From an uncultured Candidatus Rokubacteria bacterium (GTDB taxonomy: Bacteria; Methylomirabilota; Methylomirabilia; Rokubacteriales; CSP1-6), in contig CAVXJS010000009.1 of the NCBI GenBank assembly GCA_963762145.1, forward strand, positions 128,001 through 192,000: a stretch of 64,000 nt of DNA, written 5' to 3'. Under the pieces are notes generated by a model. The model made no database searches. It had not been told where the DNA came from and saw only the letters and a list, made by a program, of their open reading frames with translations. Position 1 is the first letter of the stretch; each line of letters begins with the position of its first letter. A program made the position numbers and the translations under genes. Below are positions 1-9,631 of this stretch, one piece after another.

Positions 1-693
1 ATCAGCGCGGCGTCCGCCACCGTGCGGGTCATGGGCCCGATGTGCGAGAGCCCCCACGCGGCGCTGAACGGATAGATCGGCACGAGGCCGAACGTGGGCT
101 TGATGCCGTAGATGCCGGCCAGCGAGGCCGGGATGCGGATCGAGCCGCCGCCGTCGGTGCCGATGGCGAGCGGGCCCATGCCCGGCGGCCACCGCCGCGC
201 TGGCGCCGCCGCTCGAGCCGCCCGGCGTGCGATCGAGGTTCCACGGATTGCGCGTGGCGCCGAAGAGCAGGTTGTGCGTCGCCCCGATCCAGCCCAACAT
301 CGGCGTGTTGGTCTTGCCGAGCTGGATCGCGCCCGCGGCCTGCATGCGCTCCACCATCGGCGCGTCCTCGGCGGGCACGTTGTCGGCGAAGAGCCGCGTG
401 CCGAACGTGGTGCGGATGCCCCGGGTGATCACGAGGTCCTTGGTGGAGAACGGCACGCCGTGGAGCGGCCCGAGCTTGGCGCCCTTCTTCATCACCGCGC
501 GCTCCGCCGCGCGCGCGTCCTTGAGCGCCTGGTCCGCGGTCAGCGTGACGAAGGCGTTGAGCGCGCGGGTTCAGCCGCTCGATGCGGGCGAGCACCGCCT
601 TCATCACCTCGACCGGGGAGAGCTTCGCGGCGCTTGATGGCGGGGCCATCTCGGACGCGGGCATCCAGCAGAGGTCGTCGGCACGTCGCTCAT
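1..693 (-). CDS. Amidase-signature family protein (GatA-like amidase), truncated at window edge, frameshifted
   Basis: Frames join to [61 protein letters not shown] (amidase signature with Lys/Ser/Ser triad). Confidence 0.9.
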
Positions 694-725
694 CGCGAGT
701 GTTCCCTCGACGCTGCCTTCCGGAT

Positions 726-1631
726 CTAGCCGCCGCGGAGGCGCGGATCGAGCGTGTCGCGGAGCGCGTCGCCGAGCAGGTTGGAGCCGAAGACGGCGAG
801 GCTGATGGCCAGCCCCGGGAACAGCACGAGCCACGGCGCCTTCTGCGCGTACTCCGCCGCGGAGACCGAGAGCATCCGGCCCCACGAGGGATACGGCTCG
901 GGCACGCCGAGGCCCAGGAACGACAGCGCGGCCTCCACCAGGATCGCGCTGCCGAGCTGCGCGGTGCACAGCACGATGAACGGGCCCATGGTGTTGGGCA
1001 GGACGTGGCGGAACGCGATGCGCAGGTGCCGGAGGCCGACCGCGCGGGCCGCCTCCACGTACTGCATCTCGCGGATCGACAGCACGCTCGCGCGGATGAC
1101 CCGCGCCGCCCGCGGGATGATCGGGATCGAGATGGCGATGATCACGTTCGGGATCGACGGTCCGAGCGCCGCCGACATCACCAGGGCCAGCACGAGCAGC
1201 GGCAGCCCCTGCAGGATGTCCATCACCCGCTGGGTGATGAGATCGGTCTTGCCGCCGATGTAGCCGGACAGGAGCCCGATGATCCCGCCGAGCACCGAGC
1301 CGAGGAGCGTGGAGGCCAGAGCCCGACGATGAGCGAGACCCGCGCGCCGTGGACGATGCGCGAGTAGATGTCGCGCCCGAGGTGATCGGAGCCCAGCCAG
1401 TGGTCGGCCCCCGGCCGGGCCAGGGTCTGCGCCGCGTCGGTCGCGATCGGGTCGTGGGTCGCGAGCTGGTTGGCGAAGACCGCGGTCAGCGAACATCACC
1501 ACCATGAGCACGCCGCCGACCGCGCCCAGCGGCTTCTTGCGGCAGAAGCGGCCGAGCACGGTCCACGCCCCCGGCCGGCGCAGGCCGATGCTGACCTGCG
1601 GCACCTCGACCCCGAGCGGCCTAGTGGCCAT
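726..1631 (-). CDS. ABC peptide/nickel transporter permease (DppC/OppC-like), with compensating indels
   Basis: VLSIREMQYVEAARAVG EAA loop, HVLPN, EAALSFLGLG, NLLGDALRDTLDPR. Confidence 0.9.
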   Translation of the reverse strand: MATRPLGVEVPQVSIGLRRPGAWTVLGRFCRKKPLGAVGGVLMVVMFADRGLRQPARDPRPDRDRRGADPGPAGGRPLAGLRSPRARHLLAHRPRRAGLAHRRALASTLLGSVLGGIIGLLSGYIGGKTDLITQRVMDILQGLPLLVLALVMSAALGPSIPNVIIAISIPIIPRAARVIRASVLSIREMQYVEAARAVGLRHLRIAFRHVLPNTMGPFIVLCTAQLGSAILVEAALSFLGLGVPEPYPSWGRMLSVSAAEYAQKAPWLVLFPGLAISLAVFGSNLLGDALRDTLDPRLRGG

Positions 1632-2577
1632 AGCGGACGCGCGGGTCGAGGACGCCGTAGAGCATGTCCACGACCAGGTTGGAGACGATGACCACGATGG
1701 CGATGAACATGACGAGGTTCTGCACGATCGGGTAGTCCCGCCAGAGGATCGCCTCCACCAGGAAGCGCGCGAGCCCGGGCAGGTTGAAGACAGTCTCGGT
1801 CACCACGAGCCCGCCGATGAGGAACGCGAACTCGATGCCGATGACGGTGACCACGGGCAGGATCGCGTTCTTCAGCGCGTGGCGCCAGATCACGACGCTG
1901 CCGGACTGGCCCTTGGCCCGCGCGGTGCGGATGTAGTCCTCGCGCATCACCTCGAGCAGCGACGAGCGCGTGATGCGCATGATCAGCGCCGACGAGCGGT
2001 AGCCGACCGCGAGCGACGGGCAGCGCGAACTGCACCGCGTGGAGCCAGAAGTTCTCGGACGGCGACACGTAGGTCACCGGCGGGATCCAGCCGATCCACG
2101 CGACCAGCCCCAGGATGATGACCATGCCGAGCCAGAACGACGGCATGCTGAGGCCGGCGAGGCTGAACACGCGCAGCGCGTAGTCGAGCGGGGTGTCCTG
2201 GCGGACCGCGCTGATCACGCCGAGCGGGACGCCGAGCACCACCGACACGATCAGCGACAGCATCGCCAGCTCGAGGGTGACCGGGATGAGCGGGCGGATG
2301 ATCTCCCACGCGGGCAGATCGTAGCGGTACGACTTGCCGAGATCGCCGGTCATGATCTGGCGCATCCACTCGACGTACTGCACCCACACCGGCCGGTCGA
2401 GTCCCGAGCTCCTTCACGATCGCCAGCCGCTCCACCGGGTTCACGTAGCCCGCCGGTGGAGAAGAGAATGTCGACGATGTCGCCCGGGGCCAGGCGCAGC
2501 ATGCCGAAGATCACGATCGACATGCCGAGCAGGGTCAGGAGGCCGATGCCCAGCCGCTGGGCGATGTACGTCTTCAC
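1621..2577 (-). CDS. ABC peptide transporter permease (DppB/OppB-like), frameshifted
   Basis: Pieces: RLAPGD, GLSMPSFWLG, RITRSSLLEVMREDYIRTARAKG, ETVFNLPGL, DMLYGVLDPR. Confidence 0.9.
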
Positions 2578-2603
2578 CGTCGAGCCCGGGGCGCGCGGGT
2601 CGC

Positions 2604-4211
2604 TTACTTGTCCCGCCACACGTCGGCCATGCGGCCGAAGTTGTAGATGTTGTCGTGCGGGATCAGGTTCTTCACGTGCGGCCAGAACGTGAAGTAGTCG
2701 AGCCTCCAGTCGAGGATGGGCCGCGCCGCGTCCTCCTCGACCTTGCTTCTGGAGCCCCGCGAGCAGCAGCAGGCGCTTCTGCGCGTTGAGCTCCTGGGAC
2801 TGCTGGTCGACCATCTTCATCACTTCCTCGCTGCAGTACTGGCTGTAGTTCCGCGGCGAGCCGCAGGCGTAGTTCTCGTAGTAGTTGGCGTCCGGCTCGT
2901 CGACGCCGAGGCCGGTGAGGTTGGCCCCGATCTGGTAGTCGCCGCGGGTGGCCATCGCGTGCCACTGCGCGGTCTCCACCTGCTTGAGGCTGGCCTCGAT
3001 GCCGACCTGCTTCAGCTCGTTGATGACGAAGGAGGCCATGTCCACGTAGATCGCGATGGCCCGGGTCGCCATCTCCACGCTGAGCGGGTTCTGCGGGGTG
3101 ATGCCCGCCTCGCCGAGCAGCTTCCGGGCGCTGCGCCTTCATGTCCTCGGGCTTGCCGTACCCGGGGAGGCGCGGCGAGGTCCTTCTCGAGCAGCCCCCA
3201 GACGCCGTACGGCTTTGGCTGCATCGAGGCGCCCAGCACCGCGCCGCCCTGGTGCACGGCCTGGATGAGCGCGCGCCGGTCGATCGCGTAGCTGACGGCC
3301 TGCCGCACCTTGGGATTGTCGAACGGCGCCTTCTTCGTGTTCATGATGATGTTGTCGCTCACCGCCTGGGCGACCGGCGTGATCACGAGCTGCGGGACGG
3401 CCTTCTTGAGCTGCTCGGCCGCGGTCTTGGTGGTCTCGCCCGGGAACGAGACGTCGAGCTGCCCCGACTGCAGCGCGGCGACGCGGGTGCCGCGCTCCTT
3501 GATGATCACGTAGCGGAGGCTGTCGAGGTAGGGACGGCCCTTCATGAAGTAGTCCGGGTTCTTCACGTAGTCCACGAACTCGCCCTTCCGCCACTCCTTC
3601 ACCTTGAAGGGACCGGTGCCGATGCAGCCGGTGCGATACGTGGCGGGATTGACGTGGGCCGCGTAGATCGGCGTGTAGCCGGAGGCGAGCATGTTGAGCA
3701 GGCCCGGCTGCGGCCGCTTGAGCCGGAAGACCACGGTATGGGAATCCGCCGCCTCGACCGCCTCGAGGTTCGCGTACCAGTCCTTGCGGGGATTGATCCG
3801 GAGCTTCCCGGTGGCGTCTGGGGCCTCGCGCAGCATGTCGAAGGTGAACTTCACGTCCTTCGACGTGAACGGCTGGCCGTCGTGCCACTTGACGTTCTTG
3901 CGCAGGAAGAAGACCAGGTTGCGGTAGTTGTCCTGCCAGGACCATTTCTCGGCGAGCTCGCCCACGATGTTCTCGGGGGTCTCGGGCCGCTTCAACTGGT
4001 CGAAGACCACCAGGTTGTTGAAGCACGGCATCGACGGGAACGAGGTGGAGATCGTCGAGGACTCGTGAACCGCGAAGCCCGGCGACAGGTCCTCCCTGAG
4101 CATGATGTTCAGATGCCCGCCGGACTTCGGCGTTTGGGCAGTGGCGGCGCCCGCCCCGAGGACCAGCAGGGACAGAACCAGCACCAAGGGCATGCAGCGG
4201 GAACGCGTCAT
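2604..4211 (-). CDS. ABC transporter substrate-binding protein, family 5 (DppA-like), frameshifted
   Basis: Signal peptide, GELAEKWSW, VKWHDGQPFTSKDVKFTF, IGTGPFK, PFDNPKVRQAV. Confidence 0.9.
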
Positions 4212-4376
4212 TGTGTCCCTCCATTCGCGAGAACGCCGGGGCGGTCGCGGGTGAAGCCGGAGTCGGAAAGTGCTGAAGAATATACGACAATGCGCCGACT
4301 CCGACAACTGCTACCGCCCCGGCGCCGCGGCGGGCCCGCGGGCCCAACGGCCCGGAGGGCGCGTGGAGGCCGGCGC

Positions 4377-4889
4377 CTAGACCGTGGCGTGCGGCTCCCG
4401 GATGCCCCGGCGCACGTCGCGGCGGGTGAGCAGCTCCTCGAGCGCGATCGTGCGGGCTCCGCCCCGGCGCCGCAGCTCGGGCCGCGTCAGGATCGGGCGC
4501 TGGCGGATCTGCGAGGCCAGCCCGTTCCGCACCGCTCGGTCGGCGTAGAGGCTCCGCAGCGCGCGGCACATCAGCGGCCGGCCCCGGTTGTACCCGAAGC
4601 GGTGCTTGTACTCGTCGGCCGTCAATCCGTGGCTTCGCAGGTGCGTATTCGTGAGCTGGCGAAAGACGCCGCCGCAGACGAGGCAATGGATCGCGTCCTC
4701 CTGCACGGCCTGCCGCGGATCGGCCCGCAGCCCGGACAGCGTGCGACGACTTCCGGCCGGGCTCGCGAAAAGACCCGCGCGACCGACGGCCGAGGCGGCA
4801 CGGACCCGGTCGCGTTGGATCGCCGGAGCACCGTTCCGGGGCGTGAGGAGCCCGAGCGAAGCGTTGAGCGGCGTGCCGACCTCGGACAT
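4377..4889 (-). CDS. MucR/Ros family zinc-finger transcriptional regulator
   Basis: IHCLVCGGVFRQLTNTHLRSHGLTADEYKHRFG..PLM..GLA matches the prokaryotic Cys2His2 Ros/MucR domain. AAGGAGG RBS precedes ATG 4889. Confidence 0.82.
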   Translation of the reverse strand: MSEVGTPLNASLGLLTPRNGAPAIQRDRVRAASAVGRAGLFASPAGSRRTLSGLRADPRQAVQEDAIHCLVCGGVFRQLTNTHLRSHGLTADEYKHRFGYNRGRPLMCRALRSLYADRAVRNGLASQIRQRPILTRPELRRRGGARTIALEELLTRRDVRRGIREPHATV

Positions 4890-4947
4890 GTCAGCCTCCT
4901 TGAGAGATGAGCAGCAGATGAGGGAAAGAAAACATGCCCCTACACAT

Positions 4948-4963
4948 CGCAAACCAAATGCCA
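4948..4963 (-). promoter_or_regulatory. Sigma54 (RpoN) -24/-12 promoter for the mucR-like gene
   Basis: Minus strand TGGCATTTGGTTTGCG: GG-N10-GC with TGGCA and TTGC boxes, 60 nt upstream of the ATG. Confidence 0.8.
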
Positions 4964-4979
4964 CGGAAAAAGGCAGTGA

Positions 4980-4992
4980 GATCAATAGCTTG
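4980..4992 (+). promoter_or_regulatory. Probable IHF binding site
   Basis: GATCAATAGCTTG vs consensus WATCAANNNNTTR (one mismatch), in AT-rich DNA between the sigma54 promoter and the UAS-like repeats. Confidence 0.6.
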
Positions 4993-5022
4993 TCAAATTA
5001 GGTATTAACGGTCGGTGTTCGA

Positions 5023-5053
5023 CTGGTAAGAATCTGACCAGCAACTTGACCAG
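5023..5053. promoter_or_regulatory. Candidate bEBP upstream activator sequence
   Basis: Imperfect palindrome CTGGTAAGAATCTGACCAG (5023-5041) plus a second TGACCAG (5047-5053), about 85-115 nt upstream of the predicted sigma54 start site. Confidence 0.55.
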
Positions 5054-5084
5054 TAAGGGCTTCTGCGTTAATCCTTACCGCGCG

Positions 5085-8000
5085 ATGGATCCTTGGAGCG
5101 ATCTCCTGGGACGGAGCGCCGCAATGGAGACCGTGCGGGAGACGGTCCGGCGGCTTCCGGGACGCCAGCACGCGGGCCGCCGGCTCCCGGCGATCCTCCT
5201 GCAAGGCGAGACCGGGACCGGCAAGGGTCTCGTCGCCCGGCTCATCCACCGCCTCGGTCCGCGCGCCACCGGGGAGTTCGTGGACATCAACTGCGCGGCG
5301 ATCCCGGAGACGCTGCTCGAGGCGGAGCTGTTCGGCTTCGAGCGCGGGGCATTCACCGACGCCCGCAAGGCCAAGCCCGGCCTCTTCCAGACCGCGCATC
5401 ACGGCACCATCTTCCTGGACGAGATCGGATCGACGCCCGAGGCGCTGCAGGCGAAGCTCCTGACCGTCATCGAGGAGCGTGTGGTGCGGCGGCTCGGCGG
5501 CACGCGGCCCGAGCCCGCGGACGCCTGGATCATCAGCGCCACGAACACGGATCTCCTCGCGGGCGTCCGCGAGCGCCGCTTCCGGGAGGACCTGTATCAT
5601 CGGCTCGCGGTGCTGACCCTGCGCCTGCCTCCGCTCCGGGAGCGCGGCCAGGACGTCCTGCTCCTCGCCGAGCGGTTCCTCGCGCGCGTCTGCGCCGACT
5701 ACGGCCTGCCGGTGAAGATCCTGGCCGCCGACGCGCGCGAGCGCCTGATCGCCTATCCGTGGCCCGGCAACGTGCGCGAGCTGTCGAACGTGATCGAGCG
5801 GGTCGCGCTCCTCACCGAGGAGCCCGTCATCACGGGCGAGCACCTGGGCCTGAGCGACGGAAGCCCGGCCCCCGGGCCCGCGCCGGCCGACGCGGGCGAC
5901 GCCCCGCCCCTGATCTCGTTCGGCGACGCCATACGCGCACACCTGCGCGCCACGCTCGATCAGACCGGCTGGAACATCTCCCGCACCGCCGCCATCCTCA
6001 ACATCTCCCGCAACACCGTGCGCGCGCGCATGGAGAAGCTGGGACTACGCGAAGGTCCTCCCGTCCCGGCGAAGCGTCACGCGCGCGCGCCGGGTGTCGC
6101 CCGCCCGGCCCCGAGGCCCCCCTCGCTCGCGTCCGTACCCGGACCCGCGGCGCGCACCGCGCCGCCCACCGTCCGCTGGGAGCGCCGGCCCATCGCCCTG
6201 ATGCGCGTGGCGCTCATGGTGCCGGAGGCCGGCGATGTCCTCTCGGACGCCTCGCGCGCGCTCGAGACGCTCATCGAGAAGGTCGAGAGCTTCGGAGGGC
6301 GGGTCGAGGCGCTCGGGCAGCGCGCCCTGGACGCCGCGTTCGGCGTGGAGCCCGTCGAGGACGCGCCGCGGCGCGCCGCCCACGCCGCGATGGCGATGCA
6401 GCGGGCCGTCGAGCGGATCCGCGGGGATTCCCTCGCCCCGCTCGCGACCCGGATCGCCATCCACGCGGCCCAGGCCCTGGTGGCCCAGGCGGGACGCATG
6501 ATCCAGATCGACCGGGAAGCGAAGGAGCAGAGCGCGTTCGTGCTGGACGACCTGATCGCGGCCGCCGAGCCCGGCGGGATCCTGGCCAGTCCCGCCGCCG
6601 GCGTGCTGCTCGAGCGGCGCTTCGATCTCGTCCCCCTCGATGGGACGGAGGAATCCCCGACCGCGTTCCGCCTCGTCGGGCGCGAAGGACCGGGGCTCAG
6701 CGCGGCCGGGCGCATGGCGAGCTTCGTGGGCCGCCATCAGGAGATGGCGGTGCTGCACAGCCGGCTGCTCTCGGCCCTCCGGGGCCGGGGCCAGCTCGTC
6801 AGCATCGTCGGGGACGCCGGGATCGGGAAGTCCCGCCTGCTCTACGAGTTCAGCCAGAGCGTGAGCGCGGAGCAGGCCGCCTACATCGAGGGGCGCTGCC
6901 TGTCGTACGGGAGCACGATCCCGTACCTCCCGGTGCTCGACCTGATTCGCGGCGTCTGCCGCGTCACCGAGACCGAGGGCGCGGCGGACGCGGGCGAGAA
7001 GATCAGGCAGGCGCTCGGGCGGGCGGGCATGGATCCGTCCAAGCTCACCCCCCACCTGCTCGATCTCCTGGGATACAAGGACGTCACCGAAGGGCTCGAT
7101 CTCGCGCCGCCCGACGCGATCAAGGTCGGTATCTCGGAGGCCCTCCGCCAGATCACGCTGGGCGCCAGCCACCGCCAGCCGTTGCTCGTCGTGATCGAGG
7201 ATCTCCACTGGATCGACCAGGCGTCGGAGGAGCTGCTCGCGTCCATGGTGGACGGCCTGCCCGGCGCGGCGGTGCTCCTGGTCGTGACCTACCGGCCGGG
7301 ATACGAGCCGCCGTGGACGAATCGATCCTTCGCCACCCAGCTCTCGCTGCCGCCGCTGTCGAACGAGGACAGCCTGACCGTCACGCGCTCGGTGCTTCCC
7401 GCGGTGGCGCTGCCCGACGCGGTCGCGGAGGTGATCCTGAGCCGCGCCGAGGGCAATCCGTTCTTCCTCGAGGAGCTCGCCCTGTCGCTCCAGGATCGCG
7501 GCGGCCTGGCCGCCGACCTGGCGGTTCCCGACACGGTGCAGGGCGTCCTGCTGAGCCGGATCGGCCGCCTCGCCGAGACCGAGCAGGCGCTCCTCCAGTC
7601 CGCCGCGGTGATCGGCAAGGACGTCCCGCTTCCGGTCCTGGCCGCGGTGACCGAGCTCGCCGAGGACCCGCTCGTGCAGGCGCTTCGCCAGCTGAGCGCG
7701 GCGGAGTTCCTCTACGAGGTCAGCAGCTTCCCGGAGGTCAAGTACCGGTTCCGGCACGCCCTCACCCACGAGGTCGCCTACGAGAGCCTCCGACCGGAGC
7801 GCCGCCGGTTGCTCCACGCCCGCATCGTCCTCGCCATCGAGGCGAGCCGCTCCGACCGTCTGCTCGAGGACGTCGGCCGCCTCGCGCATCACGCGACGCG
7901 AGGAGAGCTCTGGGAGAAGGCGGTGGAGTACGCGCGGCAGGCCGGCGCCAAGGCCGCCACGCGCTCCGCCCACCTGCAGGCGGTCGCGTACTTCGAGCAG

Positions 8001-9197
8001 GCGCTGGAGGCTCTCACGCGTCTGCCCGAGGATCGGGCGCGGCTCGAGCAGGCCATCGATCTACGCCTCGAGCTGCGCAACTCCCTGCACCCGCTCGGGG
8101 ACCCGGAGCGGATCCTCGCCCGGCTCCGGGAGGCCGAAGGGCTCGCCCGGACCCTCGACGATCCGCGGCGGCTCGCGCGGATCTTCTCGTTCATGACCCA
8201 GTACTACCGGCTGATGGGACACCTCGATCTCGCGGTGGAGTCGGCCGAGCGCGCCCTCGCGCTCGCCGACCGGCAGCGGGACGGCGCGCTCTGGGTCGTC
8301 GCGAGCACGTATCTGGGCTCGGCCTACGATGCCCAGGGCGAGTACCGCAAGGCGGCCGACGTGCTCCGCAAGAGCGTGGAGGCCCTGCCCGGCATCTCGA
8401 TCGGCCAGGACGCGCGCGTTGCCGGCCTCGTGCCGGTCTTCGCGCGGATCTACCTGGCGTACTGCCTGGCCGACATGGGCGAGTTCCGCGAGGGCCTGGC
8501 GTACGGGGACGAGGGCACGCGGCTCGCCGAGGCCGCGGATGACGCGTACAGCCTGATCTTCGCCTCCTGCGGCGTGGGCACGCTCCACCTCCTGCGGGGC
8601 GACGTGGAGCCGGCAATCGCCACCCTGGAGCGCGGGCTCGCGCTCTGCCGGACGCTGACGGTGCCGGTGGCGCTCCCGCTGATCGCGTGCGCGCTCGGGG
8701 CCGCGTACTCGCTCGCCGGCCGGTCGGGCGACGCGATCGCCCTGCTGGAGGAAGGGGCGCGGGAAGGCCTCGCGATCGGGAGGATGGGTGGGCACTCCCT
8801 CCTGATCTTCCGCCTGGGCGAGGCCTATCTCCGCGCCGGGCGCCTCGACGACGCCGACGACGCGGCCCGCCGGGCCCTGCTGATGGCCCGCGAGAAGCGG
8901 GAGCGCGGGCACGAAGCCTACGCCCTGCACCTCCTGGGCGAGGTGGCGGCCCGGCGGACGCCCAAGGATGCGGGCGCCGCCGAGGCCGCGCTCCGGCAGG
9001 CCTCGGCCCTCGCCGAGGAGCTCTCGATGCGGCCGCTCCTGGCGCACTGCCACGTGAGCCGCGCCCGGCTCGAGGGGCGGGCGGGGCGCGCCGCGACCGC
9101 TGGGCAGCTTCGCGACGCGGCCACCGCGGCCTTCCGTGAGCTGGACATGCCCTACTGGCTCGGGCGGGTGGAGGCCGAGGTCCGGCCGCTAGCCTGA
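5085..9197 (+). CDS. Multidomain sigma54 enhancer-binding protein: AAA+, Fis-HTH, degenerate class III cyclase, STAND NTPase, TPRs
   Basis: GETGTGKG, ELFGFERGAFTDA, IFLDEIG, FREDLYHRL, WPGNVREL; HTH WNISRTAAILNISRNTV; second P-loop GDAGIGKS, LVVIEDLHWID, GNPFFLEEL; helical TPR-like tail. Confidence 0.9.
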   Translation: MDPWSDLLGRSAAMETVRETVRRLPGRQHAGRRLPAILLQGETGTGKGLVARLIHRLGPRATGEFVDINCAAIPETLLEAELFGFERGAFTDARKAKPGLFQTAHHGTIFLDEIGSTPEALQAKLLTVIEERVVRRLGGTRPEPADAWIISATNTDLLAGVRERRFREDLYHRLAVLTLRLPPLRERGQDVLLLAERFLARVCADYGLPVKILAADARERLIAYPWPGNVRELSNVIERVALLTEEPVITGEHLGLSDGSPAPGPAPADAGDAPPLISFGDAIRAHLRATLDQTGWNISRTAAILNISRNTVRARMEKLGLREGPPVPAKRHARAPGVARPAPRPPSLASVPGPAARTAPPTVRWERRPIALMRVALMVPEAGDVLSDASRALETLIEKVESFGGRVEALGQRALDAAFGVEPVEDAPRRAAHAAMAMQRAVERIRGDSLAPLATRIAIHAAQALVAQAGRMIQIDREAKEQSAFVLDDLIAAAEPGGILASPAAGVLLERRFDLVPLDGTEESPTAFRLVGREGPGLSAAGRMASFVGRHQEMAVLHSRLLSALRGRGQLVSIVGDAGIGKSRLLYEFSQSVSAEQAAYIEGRCLSYGSTIPYLPVLDLIRGVCRVTETEGAADAGEKIRQALGRAGMDPSKLTPHLLDLLGYKDVTEGLDLAPPDAIKVGISEALRQITLGASHRQPLLVVIEDLHWIDQASEELLASMVDGLPGAAVLLVVTYRPGYEPPWTNRSFATQLSLPPLSNEDSLTVTRSVLPAVALPDAVAEVILSRAEGNPFFLEELALSLQDRGGLAADLAVPDTVQGVLLSRIGRLAETEQALLQSAAVIGKDVPLPVLAAVTELAEDPLVQALRQLSAAEFLYEVSSFPEVKYRFRHALTHEVAYESLRPERRRLLHARIVLAIEASRSDRLLEDVGRLAHHATRGELWEKAVEYARQAGAKAATRSAHLQAVAYFEQALEALTRLPEDRARLEQAIDLRLELRNSLHPLGDPERILARLREAEGLARTLDDPRRLARIFSFMTQYYRLMGHLDLAVESAERALALADRQRDGALWVVASTYLGSAYDAQGEYRKAADVLRKSVEALPGISIGQDARVAGLVPVFARIYLAYCLADMGEFREGLAYGDEGTRLAEAADDAYSLIFASCGVGTLHLLRGDVEPAIATLERGLALCRTLTVPVALPLIACALGAAYSLAGRSGDAIALLEEGAREGLAIGRMGGHSLLIFRLGEAYLRAGRLDDADDAARRALLMAREKRERGHEAYALHLLGEVAARRTPKDAGAAEAALRQASALAEELSMRPLLAHCHVSRARLEGRAGRAATAGQLRDAATAAFRELDMPYWLGRVEAEVRPLA

Positions 9198-9413
9198 CGT
9201 CCCCTTCCCGCGCGTCTCTACCCGCACCTCCACGAGGTCCAGGCCGCACGCCCGGGCCAGCCGCCTGATCTCCAGGCCGACCGCCTCGAGCGTGTGAGAG
9301 CCGATCAGGCCGTCCAGCTCGATGCTACCGACGACGACGGCGGCGGCCGGCCTTGCCGGCCTTGGCGGCCCGCTTCTTGGCCGCGGCGGCGTGCGCCTTC
9401 CACTTCTTCTCAA
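9189..9413 (-). CDS. Small hypothetical protein (start uncertain)
   Basis: C-terminal part VVVGSIELDGLIGSHTLEAVGLEIRRLARACGLDLVEVRVE looks protein-like with GC3-rich codons. Only an upstream TTG start is available. Confidence 0.4.
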   Translation of the reverse strand: MRRSGRRTPPRPRSGPPRPARPAAAVVVGSIELDGLIGSHTLEAVGLEIRRLARACGLDLVEVRVETRGKGTSG

Positions 9414-9534
9414 TGGCCTTCACTCCCTTCTTGAACTGGGCGAGGAGCGCCCGCGTCTGGGGGCTCTTGGGCGTCCCCGCGATCCGGATCGTGGTACGGC
9501 CCTTCCGCGTGGTCTGGCTCACTTGAAGCATCAT
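9325..9534 (-). CDS. 69-aa very basic Lys/Arg/Ala-rich peptide
   Basis: GGAGGAG RBS 9 nt before ATG. Sequence MMLQVSQTTRKGRTTIRIAGTPKSPQTRALLAQFKKGVKAIEKKWKAHAAAAKKRAAKAGKAG followed by an Arg run; AAG/GCC codon bias. Confidence 0.7.
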   Translation of the reverse strand: MMLQVSQTTRKGRTTIRIAGTPKSPQTRALLAQFKKGVKAIEKKWKAHAAAAKKRAAKAGKAGRRRRRR

Positions 9535-9611
9535 TGGCGTTGTCTCCTCCGGGCGCCGGTTGGCGTTGTCTCCTCCGGGCGCCGGTTGGCGTTGTCTCCT
9601 CCGGGTGCCGG
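9534..9611. repeat. 3 x 26-bp tandem repeat containing a Shine-Dalgarno motif
   Basis: TTGGCGTTGTCTCCTCCGGGYGCCGG at 9534, 9560 and 9586 (one substitution in the third copy). Confidence 0.95.
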
Positions 9612-9631
9612 TTGCCATGTTGCGCTCGCCT

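Noticed and set aside
5093-8542. Long alternative-frame and antisense ORFs here and throughout the window
   Set aside because: These are Arg/Pro/Gly-rich shadow ORFs expected in high-GC DNA and carry no family motifs.
9534-9611. CRISPR array
   Set aside because: The repeats are contiguous with no spacers, and there are no cas genes.
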